The position numbers were made by a program, and so were the translations under genes. Below the pieces are notes generated by a model. The model made no database searches, had not been told where the DNA came from, and saw only the letters and a list, made by a program, of their open reading frames with translations. A DNA stretch of 64,000 bases from Phaeosaccion multiseriatum (taxonomy: Eukaryota; Protista; Ochrophyta, other classes): positions 4,030,001-4,094,000 of the forward strand of contig OZ218950.1 of assembly GCA_965112735.1 (NCBI GenBank). The letters are read 5' to 3'. Positions 1 through 11,404 of the stretch are shown one piece after another; the first letter of the stretch is position 1, and the number at the start of each line of letters is the position of its first letter.

Positions 1-75
1 CGGGTCAGAGCTCAGTCAAACAGTCAGACAATCAGTCAGTCAGGGTCGGGTAATAAAAAGCTGCAAAGATCGAAC

Positions 76-3000
76 CTGGCGACTTCGTAGTACGGGTGTG
101 TCTTCATGGAGTCCTCGAACCTTTGGTTGCGTGCCATGGAGCCCAGGTTTGATTCCCTTAGGCTGCATATCTGTTCAAGCAGGAGGGAGGAGGAAAGATG
201 AGAGGGAGAGAGAGGAAGAGAGGGTCAGAGAGAGAGAGAGCGGGCAGATGAGCTGATGAGAAACGCGCATCTTACGGGGCAGGAGCAGCACAGAAGCGTG
301 TGTTCTTGATTCGAGTACGAGGAGCGAGGAGGCACGAGCCCGGGCAGAAGGGAAGAGTCACCTCCCTCCCTCCCTCCCTCCAGCAAAAGACACCGACCAA
401 CACGGACGGAAACCGATGGACAAACACAAACGCGGACCGACATGGCCCGACAAGGACGGACACGAACTGATAAGGACTGATGCGGACTACTACGGACCTG
501 CTTCTCCACCTTGTCGATGGCCACGCTAAAATCCAGGTTACGGCCTCTCCTCGTGTTCTTTCTGAAGTTGTGGTTGAAGGACTGCGCTCCGGTGCGTTCC
601 TTGCGCTCGTCGTCCACGAAGTAAATGAGGTACTCTGTGAGTGAGTGAGTGAGTGAGTGAGTGAGGGAGTGAGTGAGTGAGGGAGTGAGGGAGTGAGTGA
701 GTGAGGGAGTGAGGGAGGGAGTGAGGGAGGGGGTGAGTGCGTGGGTGAGTGGGTGAGTGAGTGAGTGAGTGAGTGAGGGAGTGCGTGGGTGAGTGAGTGA
801 GTGAGTGAGGGAGTGAGTGGGTGAGTGAGTGAGCTGGTGAGTGAGTGAGGGAGGGAGGGAGTGAGTGCGTGAGTGAGTGAGTGAGTGAGGGAGTCAGTGG
901 GTAAGACAGGTGCGATGGGGGAGGGGGGTTGGGTGTGGGGTTGTGAGGGGAGGGAAGGGAAACTTCGAGCATCAATCAGGCTTGGTGAGGAAGCTCTGTA
1001 CAACGTTGACCACGTACCCAAGTAAACTGCCCAAGCCTGCTCGAACGACATGGTCTGTACGTTCATGGCTCCACCTTCGTCGTCCTCGTCTTCTCTGCGC
1101 AGCTTAGCTAGGAGCTCGGCATGCGACAAGGATTCCTCCTCCTCCTCCTCCTCCTCGTCCTTGTTGCCATCCTCCTCTCCACCGCTGCCATCCTTCCCTT
1201 CTGCATCATCATCATCATCACCATCATCATCATCCTCATCGCTGTCGTATCTACTCTTCCTCTTCTTCTGCTTCTTCTTGCTCCTGGTATCCTCCTCCTC
1301 CTCTTCCTCCTCCTCCTCGTCATCATCAACGATGAAGTCATCGTCTGACTTGTTACCGCTTCTAGAGACCATCTTCTTCGCCGGAGACTTCTTCGTCTTC
1401 CTCTTCTTCGGTGGAGGAGGAGCTTCATCCTCGTCCTCCTCGTCTTCGTCGTCAGGAACGATGAAGTCATCGTCCGCATTGTAGCCGGAATAACTTGACC
1501 TCCTCTTGGCCGCGGACATCTTCTTCTTCTTCGAGACACTGCTCCTACCCGCACCCCCACCCTCTACGCTCCGTACTGGACTCCCATAGCGATCCCGCTT
1601 CACCCCTCCCGCCTGGTTGCGTCTCGCCCTACTACTAGTAGAAGAGGACGAAGCGGAATCTCTTCCCTCCCTGGCAGGACGCTTCACAGGGGACTCGAAC
1701 TGCGCCTCTTCCTCATCACTCTCTCCACCATCGTCTCCATGGTCGCTATCTCCATCCTCCCCATCGCTGCCTCTCGCCTTGCTCTTCCTTCCTCCCCTGC
1801 CTGACGGCTTTGCGACGGCTTTCGCCTTGCCTTTGCCCTTGCCCTTGCCCTTGCCCGCAGGAGAAACAGCAACCACCTCAACCTCTTCCTCTTCCTCTTC
1901 CTCCTCCTCCTCAACCTCGTCCACGTCCACCTCTAGACCTGCCGCATAGTCCACGGGCCCGGCACTGCTCCTCCGAGGGCGTCTGGTGCTCCTACTTTCC
2001 TCCTTCTCCTCCACTTCCTCTTCCTCTACCCCCCCTTCCCCGGCGAGTTGCCTGTAGTTGACCTTCTTTGCGCTTCGCCTCGGAGACTTCCTAGAAGGGC
2101 GCTCCTCCTCTTCCTCCTCCTCTTCTTCCTCATCCCCAGCCCCCCCCTCCCCCTCCTCCTCCTCGTCGTCGTCGTCGTCGTCGTCACTGCCTTTCCGCTG
2201 CCTGCGCGTGGCCACGGCTCTAGCACTCTTCTTTGGCATGGTCAACGCTGCTTTCCCCCGGCCCCGCGCACTCCTATTGGCTTTTCGAGCGCCTTCTGCA
2301 GGAAGAGAGAGCAGAGGGTCGTAAAAGGCGCTTAGTGTACGTGGGACCGCCACTACATCCGCCAGAATCACGCCGGCATTCGTGAATGACGCTCTCTCGT
2401 TGGAGGGCTTATCTACCACCCTACCACCCACCCACCCCCCGCCCTTGGGGCACTGCGACAAGCATCAAGCCCGCCCGTGTACCGCACCTTTGGCATCCCC
2501 GTCCTGTCCGTCCTCTCCGTCCTCTCCTGACACGAGGAAGTCTTCCATGTCCTCCCCCTCGTCTCCTTCGTCGTCGCTGCGCCTCTCGCGCTGGGCCAGC
2601 TTCGCTATGGTTTTGGCCCTCGATGCTGCCACGCTGGACAAACACACACACACACACACACAACACGCGCACACGTTGGTCGTAAGCGAAGTGGGTTGAA
2701 AGACAACTGTCGATTCTCTGTTCCTTCACGCGCCAGCCTTACCTTCGCGGGGAGGGCGTGTGTTTGTCCTGTTCCTCCAAGCTGCTTGTGCTGCTGTTGC
2801 CATCGTCCTCCTTTCCAGCCTCCTTCTCCTTCTCCTCCCCCTCCTCGTCCTCGTCGTCATCCATGATGACCTTTCGCTTGCCCTTCTTGCCGCTGGCGCT
2901 CTTGATGATGGGCTCTTCGTCATCGCTGCTGCTGCTGTCCCGGAGGTCGTCGTCGGCTTGATCGCCCACCTCCGTGCCCCTCGCACTGTGCTCTCCTCCC

Positions 3001-3996
3001 CGTGGCGCACTTTCTGGCACCCTTCCCCCCGGCCCCTGCTTCCCCTCTGGCCCCTCTTTCGGAGGTCGCTTCCTGGGGGGCGTGGCGACAACAGGGGCCT
3101 CGACAATGAGACAGTCGCTGCTGTCGTCCCCGCCGCTGCCTCCAGCGGGCTCCTCGACTGCAGCACTAATATAAGCAGCCGTAGCAGCACCAGCACCAGC
3201 ACCAGCAGCACCAGCAGCAGAAGAAGGAGCAGCAACAGCAACGGCAGCAGCGGTAGCGGAGGCAGGTGAGCTAGCCAGCGAGATAATCACTCCGCGCCGC
3301 AACGGCGATGACCTGTGATGTTGTGGTGTGGACGGATCCTGCTCCTGCTCCGGGTCCTGCTCCACCGACTCCACCGTCCCGTCTTTCGCCTCCTTCTCCA
3401 GGTACTCTGCAGAAAAAAATGGGAAAAACAACGACAGAAGATTCCAGGTGGTGTCAGCGACAGACAGACCAACGTCCATCGATCGAAACTCGGTCCAAAC
3501 CACCCTCCCTCTTCCACACATCACCTCCCCCCCCTCCTCGGACAATGTTGTCACCCCCCCGAGATGAGGATTATCCCAAAGCCAACCACGTACCCGATAG
3601 CAGCTCCCTGAACCTCTCCGTGTTGCAGCGAGGGCTGTCCTCAGGGACCCACTTGGTCGTCATGCCACTGCTGGCGGACGAAGCACCTCCTTCCGTCCTT
3701 CTCTGGAACTCGAGCAAATACTCGACACGCTTCCCTTTCTCGACGTGTCTCCCGAGCACGCTGACAAGCGGCAGGCCTGGAGTGGTCGCCTTGGCACCTG
3801 CACCTGCGCCCCCCTCGGCCCCTCCTCCGTCTGTGCCACCTACGGTCTCCTCCTCATCCTTCTCGTCATCGTCGGCAAATTTCCTAGAGAGGTGGCGCGC
3901 GGGAAAGAAGGGGAGATTTAAACCGCGCGAAAATGTGGAGCTCTCAAACTCTAGAGAGAGGACATGGATGGAGGAGACATCCCAAGGACTAAGCAC
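76..3996 (-). CDS. Multi-exon acidic/basic low-complexity protein with a chromodomain-like N-terminal segment and a DUF4211/CCDC82-like C-terminal domain (3' end runs off the window; 5' end unresolved)
   Basis: Phase-consistent GT-AG exon chain at about 3996-3593, 3407-2743, 2633-2489, 2295-1018, 634-498 and 170-76. The spliced C-terminus reads SFEQAWAVYL|EYLIYFVDD...FSVAIDKVEKQ|ICSLRESNLGSMARNQRFEDSMKTHPYYEVA, resembling DUF4211. The N-terminal VLGRHVEKGKRVEYLLEF...TKWVPED...ELLS|EYLEK resembles a chromodomain. Confidence 0.6.
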
Positions 3997-4289
3997 ATCG
4001 AGTGGACAAAGGGCTTGACAGAGGCAGGAGGGGGGATGCTTGGGGATGCGCGGGAGGGGAATTGCAAAGCAAGAGCCTGGAACTCTCCTCTCTCCCTCTC
4101 GTCCCCCCTGATATCTTCTTTACCTGCCCGCTTTCCGCCTCAAGGGCTGGGGTTTCGCATCCTTCTGGCCTCTACCACCACTACCCTGCAGTTCTGGCCA
4201 CTTATTGTCCCTCATGTGGCCATTTATTGCCTCTCTTGGGAGAGATCGGGAGAGGAGCCGGGAGAGATGTTTATTGACTTAAGAAATGG

Positions 4290-4353
<64 letters not shown>

Positions 4354-4906
4354 TGTGTGTGTGTCTCTGGGGCCCACTAGGGGCCTGTTTCCCCCCCCGC
4401 CTGATCGGGGGGGGGGGAGCGCTGGTCCGGCGCCGCGGTTGAGCCGGCCCAGGAAGGCGCGTTCTCGCTCCGAGAGCATCTGGTGGCTGCAGCTGACGAG
4501 ACTGCGAAGTCTGGTCAGGACGTGGCCCTTGGTGGTGGAGGAGCCAGTGCGGCCCGTGAGGGAGACGACGTGCTCGGCGAGGGCGTGTAGGAATGACTGC
4601 GCCTGAGAGCGCCGAGTCGTCCGTGGGTCTCGATGGCGAAGGTGGTGAAGCGAACACGCTCTTGGTCGCAGGTGTTGGTAGGGGAGAGGGACGAAGAGGG
4701 CAGAGGCCGATTTATTGGCCGTCAAGTGCCATCTATCCACTCGAAATTCAATGTCAAGCCCAAGCTGACAAGAGGCGTGCTGCCCCCTGCGCCACTGCGG
4801 AGTGAGTCGCACCGAGTGTGCATGCAGTTGTCTCGGGTGCCATGCCTTTTGTAGAAGGGGGATGAAGAAAACTTCAAAACGCAAATCAGTAGTGGAGTCG
4901 TGTTCT

Positions 4907-6265
4907 TCAACTCAAGGCAGCGCTACCGTCGTCGTCATCGTCGTCATCCTCCAGCGTTGCCTCCGGGAGGAGCATGCCTTCTCCGGCGAGGATCATCACC
5001 CCGCTGGCCCTCCCCACAAAGACACTCCAGGCCCGGCTAACCTCCGGAGTCACCACCTCCTCCCCCAATGTGCGCTTCAGGGCCCTGACCAGTGCCTTCC
5101 TGAGGCTCAAATGCATCGACGGTTTCACCCCCAAGTCATAGTGGTGCTTGCCGAGGGGCAGGAGCATGGCCGCGAGCGCCTTTGGATCGGACAGGTGCAT
5201 GAGCTGCGACATCATGACGCTGAATATGCGCTTCTGCTTCTCCCAGTCCAGCGTGGCGGAGAAGACCTGGGCTGCCGCCTGTGGTGTAATCGTAGGCAGG
5301 AGAGCACCAAGAGAGGGAGGGACTGAGGGCCGCAACAGTTCCTGTCAATTCATTCATTCGCTGCAGTGAGCGACGTGTACGTGCGTGCGTGCGTGCATGA
5401 GTGTGTGGGCGTGTGTGCTGCTGCTTGGCGGTGCTCAAGAAGTGTATTGAGCAAAGTATTCAAGTTGGGGCAGTAGGTGGGATACAAGTGCAGCAAGGCC
5501 CCTCTTTCGACGCTCACTCACATTATCTCTCATGAAGTGGCTGTACATGATGGCCATGCACGGCTCCACCTGCCCCAAGCAATGAGGACACAAGAAGAGC
5601 AAATGGAGGAGAGAGGGAGGTGGCGCGACCAGTAGTGGACGTAGCTAAGTGAGCGACCCACTCCCGGTCCACTAGTATATATGTCGACCCAGCAGCAACG
5701 AGGCCAAGCACGATCATCCTCACCACACACAGCAGAGGCTGTTGGGACCACCCAGCGCCACTTCGATGATGCAAAGCTAAATCGGCGCCAGAGCCTGCCC
5801 ACCCACTTTGTTCGGCTTGAGGAGATCCCAGCAGGAGGAACAAACCTTCCTCGCCGCTTCGAAATCGTCCTTCATGATAAAATGAGCGGGTCAGTCACGC
5901 GAAGCAGACGTGGGAGTGAGACATGCGGCAAGAGAAGAAGGAAAAGATCCCCTATCTTTGGGGGGAACGACAGGAAATCTTACCTTTGACAACAGCTCTT
6001 CCATCATCGCGGGTATCCTCTCCTCTGACACAAACTCCACCATATCTCTTCTACTGCCGCTCCTGCTGCTGCTCCTGCTGCTGCTGCCGCTGCTGCTGCT
6101 GCTGCCTATAGTACTGCTGGCTCTGCTCTCGCCTTCTTCCTCTTCCCTCTCAATTTCCTCACATCTCTCTTCATCTTCGCCTTCCCATCGCCTCATGTAT
6201 ATCTGGAGAGCAGCACCACATAATGCACCAGCACCCAGTAGGAGGAGCGTGTCTCGTCTTCTCAT
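4907..6265 (-). CDS. Single-domain globin (3/3 fold, flavohaemoglobin/SDgb-like) with an N-terminal hydrophobic anchor; 4 exons, 254 aa
   Basis: Exons 6265-5984, 5869-5807, 5569-5522 and 5278-4907, all phase 0. The product has globin landmarks: A-helix VCSSCWDLL, TyrB10 in AIMYSHF, PheCD1 in QVF, GlnE7 in EKQKRIF, proximal HisF8 in LGKHHYDLGV, and H-helix TPEVSRAW. Confidence 0.85.
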
Positions 6266-6460
6266 CGCTGCCTTTGTGCAACACTGGCAGGGGGGGGGGC
6301 CGAAAAGCTGTAGCAGAAATTCGAGATGTTAAGCCCCCCCCCCTCCACACTACTCCTCCCTATCATCTCCTCCCCTGTCCCTCTCTACCGCCTTCACAAG
6401 CAAGGCGAGGAACGCCAGAAAGAAACCTGGTTGGACAGAAAGTCTCGGGATCGGTACAGT

Positions 6461-8537
6461 ATGGATGAGGAGGGCTACAAAGATGACGGGCTGGTTACGA
6501 CTACTTCCATGGACCAACACGCCTGTGAGCAGCTGTGTGGCATCAACCTGCTTCCCTACGACACCGCAGAGCTAACAGAGACGGAGTTTGCAGAGTTCCT
6601 CGACAAAGGCATCATCAGTGACGCGGGAGAGGTGAGGTGGAGCTGAAGTAAAAATAGTCGCTGTGGGAGGGGAAGAGGCAGCTCAGACGCCCCCCTTTTG
6701 CCTTGCTTTCTACGCACACAGGGCTTGCTGATGCGCGACCTGCACGTGGACTACCTGAAGAATGGGTTGGGTACGCTACCTGGGCGCTACGTTGGATTGG
6801 ACGCGTCCCGGACGTGGATGATCTACTGGATCGTGCACTCGCTCGACCTCATGGACAGACTACCGGAGGAGTTGCTACCCAACATCATCAGCACCTTAAC
6901 GGTACTTGGGACGACCGTGTGCTCTTCTGTTGTTTTCTCTCTGTGCCACTGTTTCGACTCCGTGTTGCCCGCCGCCCAGAGCACGGAAGAATTAAATCGT
7001 ACCTCCCCCGCTCCGTGTCTCTCCCCCCCTCCCTTCTCTTTCAACCCTCCTCCCCTCCCAGGCGTGTAGGTCGGCGACGGGTGGCTTCGGAGGGGGGCCC
7101 TCTCAGGATCCGCATTGCGCACCCGCCTTCTCAGCGGCACTGGCACTGATGATTGCGGGTACTCCAGAGGCCTATGCCGCAATAGACAGGTGAGCGAGGC
7201 ATTGGAGTGGACGCAGACCGGTCCCTCCTTGGCTTCATTTGGGCGGGAAACATATTTCGGTCGATGCTTTCGCTTTGCTATAATGTACTTGCACCCCCCC
7301 TTTCCCTCCCTCCCTCCCTCCCTCCCTCCCTCCCTCCCTCAGACGGCATCTGTACCAGTTCTACATGCGCATGAAGAGCCCCAGTGGGGGCTTTGCTATG
7401 CATGAGGACGGCGAAGTGGACGTGCGCGGCACCTATACCGTCATGGCCATCGCCTCACTGCTCAACATGCTCACTCCGGAGCTCGTGGCAGGCGTGGCTG
7501 AGTATTCTCTCTCGTGTCAGGTGCGCGGTCCCTGCAGTGCGCGGCTCAATGTATGTCCTTCTTCTCTTACCTTGCCTCACTCGGTCCTCCGCACCTTCCC
7601 CTTTTTTTCTTGACTTTTGTCGCCACCTGCCAGAGAACTGAGAAAGAATCATGCTGTTGCTGTTTGTTCCGTGTTGCCATTGTCCTGTCCTGTCCTGTCT
7701 TGCCGTGCCCTGCTCTTGCCCTGTCCTCACAAGACGTACGAAGGGGGGTTCGGAGGCGAACCTTGGAATGAGGCACACGGGGGTTACGCCTTTTGTGCCT
7801 TTGCATCCCTCGTCATCCTGGGCAGAGAAGCCACAGATCGGGTGCATCTGGACAATCTGGAGTGGTGGCTATGCAATCGACAAATGGCGATGGAGGGGGG
7901 CTTCCAAGGTAGAACGAACAAGCTCGTGGACGGCTGTTACTCCTTCTGGCAGGGCGGCACAGCGGCTTTGGTGGAGTATGTGAGGCGGGGTTTGGGGGAC
8001 GAGGTGGCGCTCCGGGACGGAATGGGCGGTGGCAGTGGTGGTGGTATGAGTAGTAGCAATAGTAGCAGTAGCAGTAGTAGTAGTAGCAGCACCAGCAGCA
8101 GCAGCAGGGCTAGTAAAGGGCAAGCAGGGCAAGCGAGCGGGATGAATGCCGATGACAAGGATGGTACGGTGGACGCGGACGGTGTGACAGACATGAGTCA
8201 CATGGTGGCCTCTATCCACGAGGGCTCGGGCGAACTCTCCTACAACCAAGAGGCGTTACAGAAGTACACACTGTTTTGTGCACAGCAGTGGGACGGGGGT
8301 CTGCGTGACAAGCCGGGGAAGCCGCGAGACTTTTACCACACATGCTACAACCTGAGCGGGCTGTCGGTGTCGCAACACTGCCTCAGCGGGACGCCCTCGG
8401 TGCTGGGGGATGCAGGCAACGAGCTGCGGCCCACCAATCCCGTGTACAACATTACGGAGGACAGGGCGAGGAGAGCGAAGGCGCACTTTGCTCGCATGCC
8501 ATGTTCGCACAGCCTTTTCATGGAGCCGGATCCGTAG
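6461..8537 (+). CDS. FNTB: Protein farnesyltransferase subunit beta (5 exons)
   Basis: Motifs LDASRTWMIYWIVHSLDL, GGFGGGPSQDPH, GEVDVRGTY, CQ|TYEGGFGGEPWNEAHGGYAFC, GGFQGRTNKLVDGCYSFWQ and GGLRDKPGKPRDFYHTCY (Zn ligands D, C, H). Confidence 0.95.
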
Positions 8538-9077
8538 CAGGAGGGACCGAGACCGACCCACCCACCCAGCACACCCGTTCACCCACCGACCGACCGACCC
8601 GCCCATCCACCCACACAAGAGAAAGAGGAGAGGCCTGGAGGGCCGGAGGGACTGACTACTGACTTGCCGTTGCTGCTCTGTAGTAGTACATCCATCTCTG
8701 AGGGGAAGAGAGAGGAGGGGGGTACTGATGGTAGGTTAGGCCAAGGCGAGGCAGTTTCGGTCGTCCTGGGACTTCGCCTTGGCATGCAAAGGCCCTCTAA
8801 GCGTGGGGCGTTTGCATGCCAATGTCAAGCGTTTGCATAGCAATGTCAAGCCCCAATGAAAGACCAGAACTGCCTCGCCTTACCCTAACCTCCCAAAGGC
8901 TTAAGGAGTGTGCCGAGTAATCAGTTGGGTTCCTATCACCCCATATGACTAGATTCATCTCTTCCCGGTCCCCCTCTCCCTCCGCACCCACCAGCCTCTT
9001 GCGGCCATTTTGCACATCGTATATATTCATACATATATAATATATATATATATATGTGTGTGTGTATATTTTACATA

Positions 9078-10715
9078 TCAAAGAAAGGCGACGGATTGTT
9101 CCGATAGATTCCGATGCAGAACATCCACCGACAAGACCACCGTCCCCGCGGGGATGGTCACGAGCTGGCAGCGCTGGTCCCACGCCGTGTTGAACACAAC
9201 ATCGTCGCTCTTGAGCTGCGTGGAAATATCAAAGAAGAAGGCCGCCACTTCCTCTTGCATGGAGCCCGTGGGCCGCCAGCACGGCACTTTCACGTCGGCG
9301 TGGCCCGGCCCCACCGGCAAGTGTGCAAAGCCATACCCCACCAAATGGTTCCTACCAAACTCGTCCAGCTGCCACACCTGTACCGTAATCCTCGGCCACC
9401 CCTGCATGCTCTTGGTAGTGTAATGCAGGTCCAAGGGGTGGTTCCAAGCGGCCAGCTCGTTGTTCTCGGCATACACTGTGTGCGTTTGCCCGACGTCATA
9501 TCCCTCCAACAGCGTCCAGTACTTGCCAGCCTCCACGGCGTACTTGCACGCCACCCCACTGCCAAACCCCACCCCCCCCAACACCTCCCCGATGATGTGT
9601 AGCTCTGCCGCATGCTCAGCCACCACCCTCCCTCTCAGCTCTCTCTTGATGTTCATGCTATTGACCGGGTCCTTGCGCATGTACCCGAGTTCTCGCATCT
9701 TCAGATCCATGGCAGTGCCCATGGTCACATTGAGGCTGCCCCCTGCTGCGTCCCCAAAGTTTCGTGTCCGTTGCCGAGGTCCCAAGCCCTGCCTGTTGGA
9801 CCCATCCAACCCTCTCCCGCTGCCACCGCTGTTCCCATCCTCGCTCTCGGAGCCTGTGTCGGACTCAGCTTCCTCCGCCGCCGCGTTCACCGGAGAAAAC
9901 GGCCTACTAAGGACTGGAGAGCTTGGGGCCGTGACTGGGGAAGAAGGGGCCTGTGCTCTACTTCCTCCTCCTGCACCTGCTCCTACTCCTGCTCCTACTC
10001 CTGCTCCTACTGGAGACTTTGCTTCCCCCTCTCGTGCCGCGCGGTCCTGCTGCCTGCCCCGCTCCAGCGCATCTTCGTCGAATCGAAATTCTCGCCGGCT
10101 TGGACTGGGATTGGCGGTGGCCCGCGTCCCTGACTCCTCCTCCTGCTGCTGCTGTTGTCGTTCTTTCTCTTCAACTCCTTTCGCCTCTTCAATTCCCCTA
10201 CTACTACCACCGTCCCTTGGTCCTCCTCCCGCCGCTGGAGTTGTGCGAGGGTCATTCGGATCCACCCCCATAGGGCGAGGCGGGCTACCCGACTCATGAC
10301 TGCGATGCGTCTCGGCCATACTACTACTTTGGGCGGCACTCGCCTCCCCTATTGGCGCAGAGACCCCCCCTCTGCTGTGTGGGGACGTAGTCTCCTCCCC
10401 ATCTGGGAAGTGCATCAAGTCAGCTTGCCCTTCTCCTGGCGGCCTTCCACCCGACTCCATGCCCTGCTCTGTAGAAGGGCGGGGGGTTGACTCGACCGAA
10501 AGCTTACCCGATGCACGCTCTTCACGTGCCGATTGCGCGTGAGGTTGCGCAGAGGTTTTGTCAACTTCCCCTGTTGTCTCGAATGTGATCAAGTCTTCTC
10601 CATCTTGTGCCCGTCCGCTGCTTCTGGCACCATCACCCCCCTCCACGTCTTCTTCTATCCCACCACCACCACCACCACCACCACCACCACCACCACCACC
10701 ACCACCACCACCACT

Positions 10716-10755
<40 letters not shown>

Positions 10756-11036
10756 TCAGCAGCTTCTTTCCTCCTCCGCTTTTCTCTCCTTCTTCGCTTT
10801 CGCTCTTCCTTCTCGGCCTTTAATCGTTCCAAGTCTCCATCCCCCCCGGTATCCTCTGGAGTCGCGCTTCTTCCTGTCTCTAAGGGTGCCAGCTTTCCTT
10901 TGGATGCCGCAGTGGCAGCACCGGCGGACGGGCTTGACAAAGGCAAAGCAGAGTTTGCAGCAGACGGAGAGCCGGAGAGCTGTGTGTCTCTTCGAGAACC
11001 GTCCTCCCCCTGCATGTCCCGCAGAGTAGACTTCAT
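9078..11036 (-). CDS. B9D2: B9 domain ciliary transition-zone protein B9D2/MKSR2 with a ~475-aa low-complexity N-terminal extension; single exon
   Basis: The C-terminal ~175 aa (AELHIIGEVLGG...GQT...WNHPLDLHY...QGWPRI...VW.LDEFGR..LVGYGF.HLP..PG...PCWRP.GS) follow B9D2 along its length. Confidence 0.9.
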
Positions 11037-11404
11037 CCCTATCTTCCCCTTCTTACATAGAGCCCCACAACTGTGGTGCTTCTTGTGGGATCCTTGGTAT
11101 TAAAGCCTGTCCATCTCAACCGTCAGGACAGAAGTCAGTGAAATGTGAGAGTCATATAGGCAGGCGGATCCGTCCTGTCTCCCCCCCTCCCCCTTTCCTA
11201 TCCTAACCGCCTGGAGACCGTATACAGAGCAGAGGCAGAGGATCCCTTGGGTAGCACGTCTCTCTATTTGTCCAGAGGCAACCCAAGGAGGCGGAAACAG
11301 AAACAGGAGAGACCGGAGGGCGGGCGGGGCCTCGAGTGAGGGGGGGGCGCGAGGGGGAGCGAGCGAGGAGGGATATAGAGGAGAGCCCCCTGCGTTGCGT
11401 CGTC

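Noticed and set aside
4271-4884. Separate gene or a globin-DUF4211 fusion
   Set aside because: The globin ends at a clear stop (4907). The intervening exon-like block may be the 5' part of the downstream gene, but I could not build a phase-consistent start.
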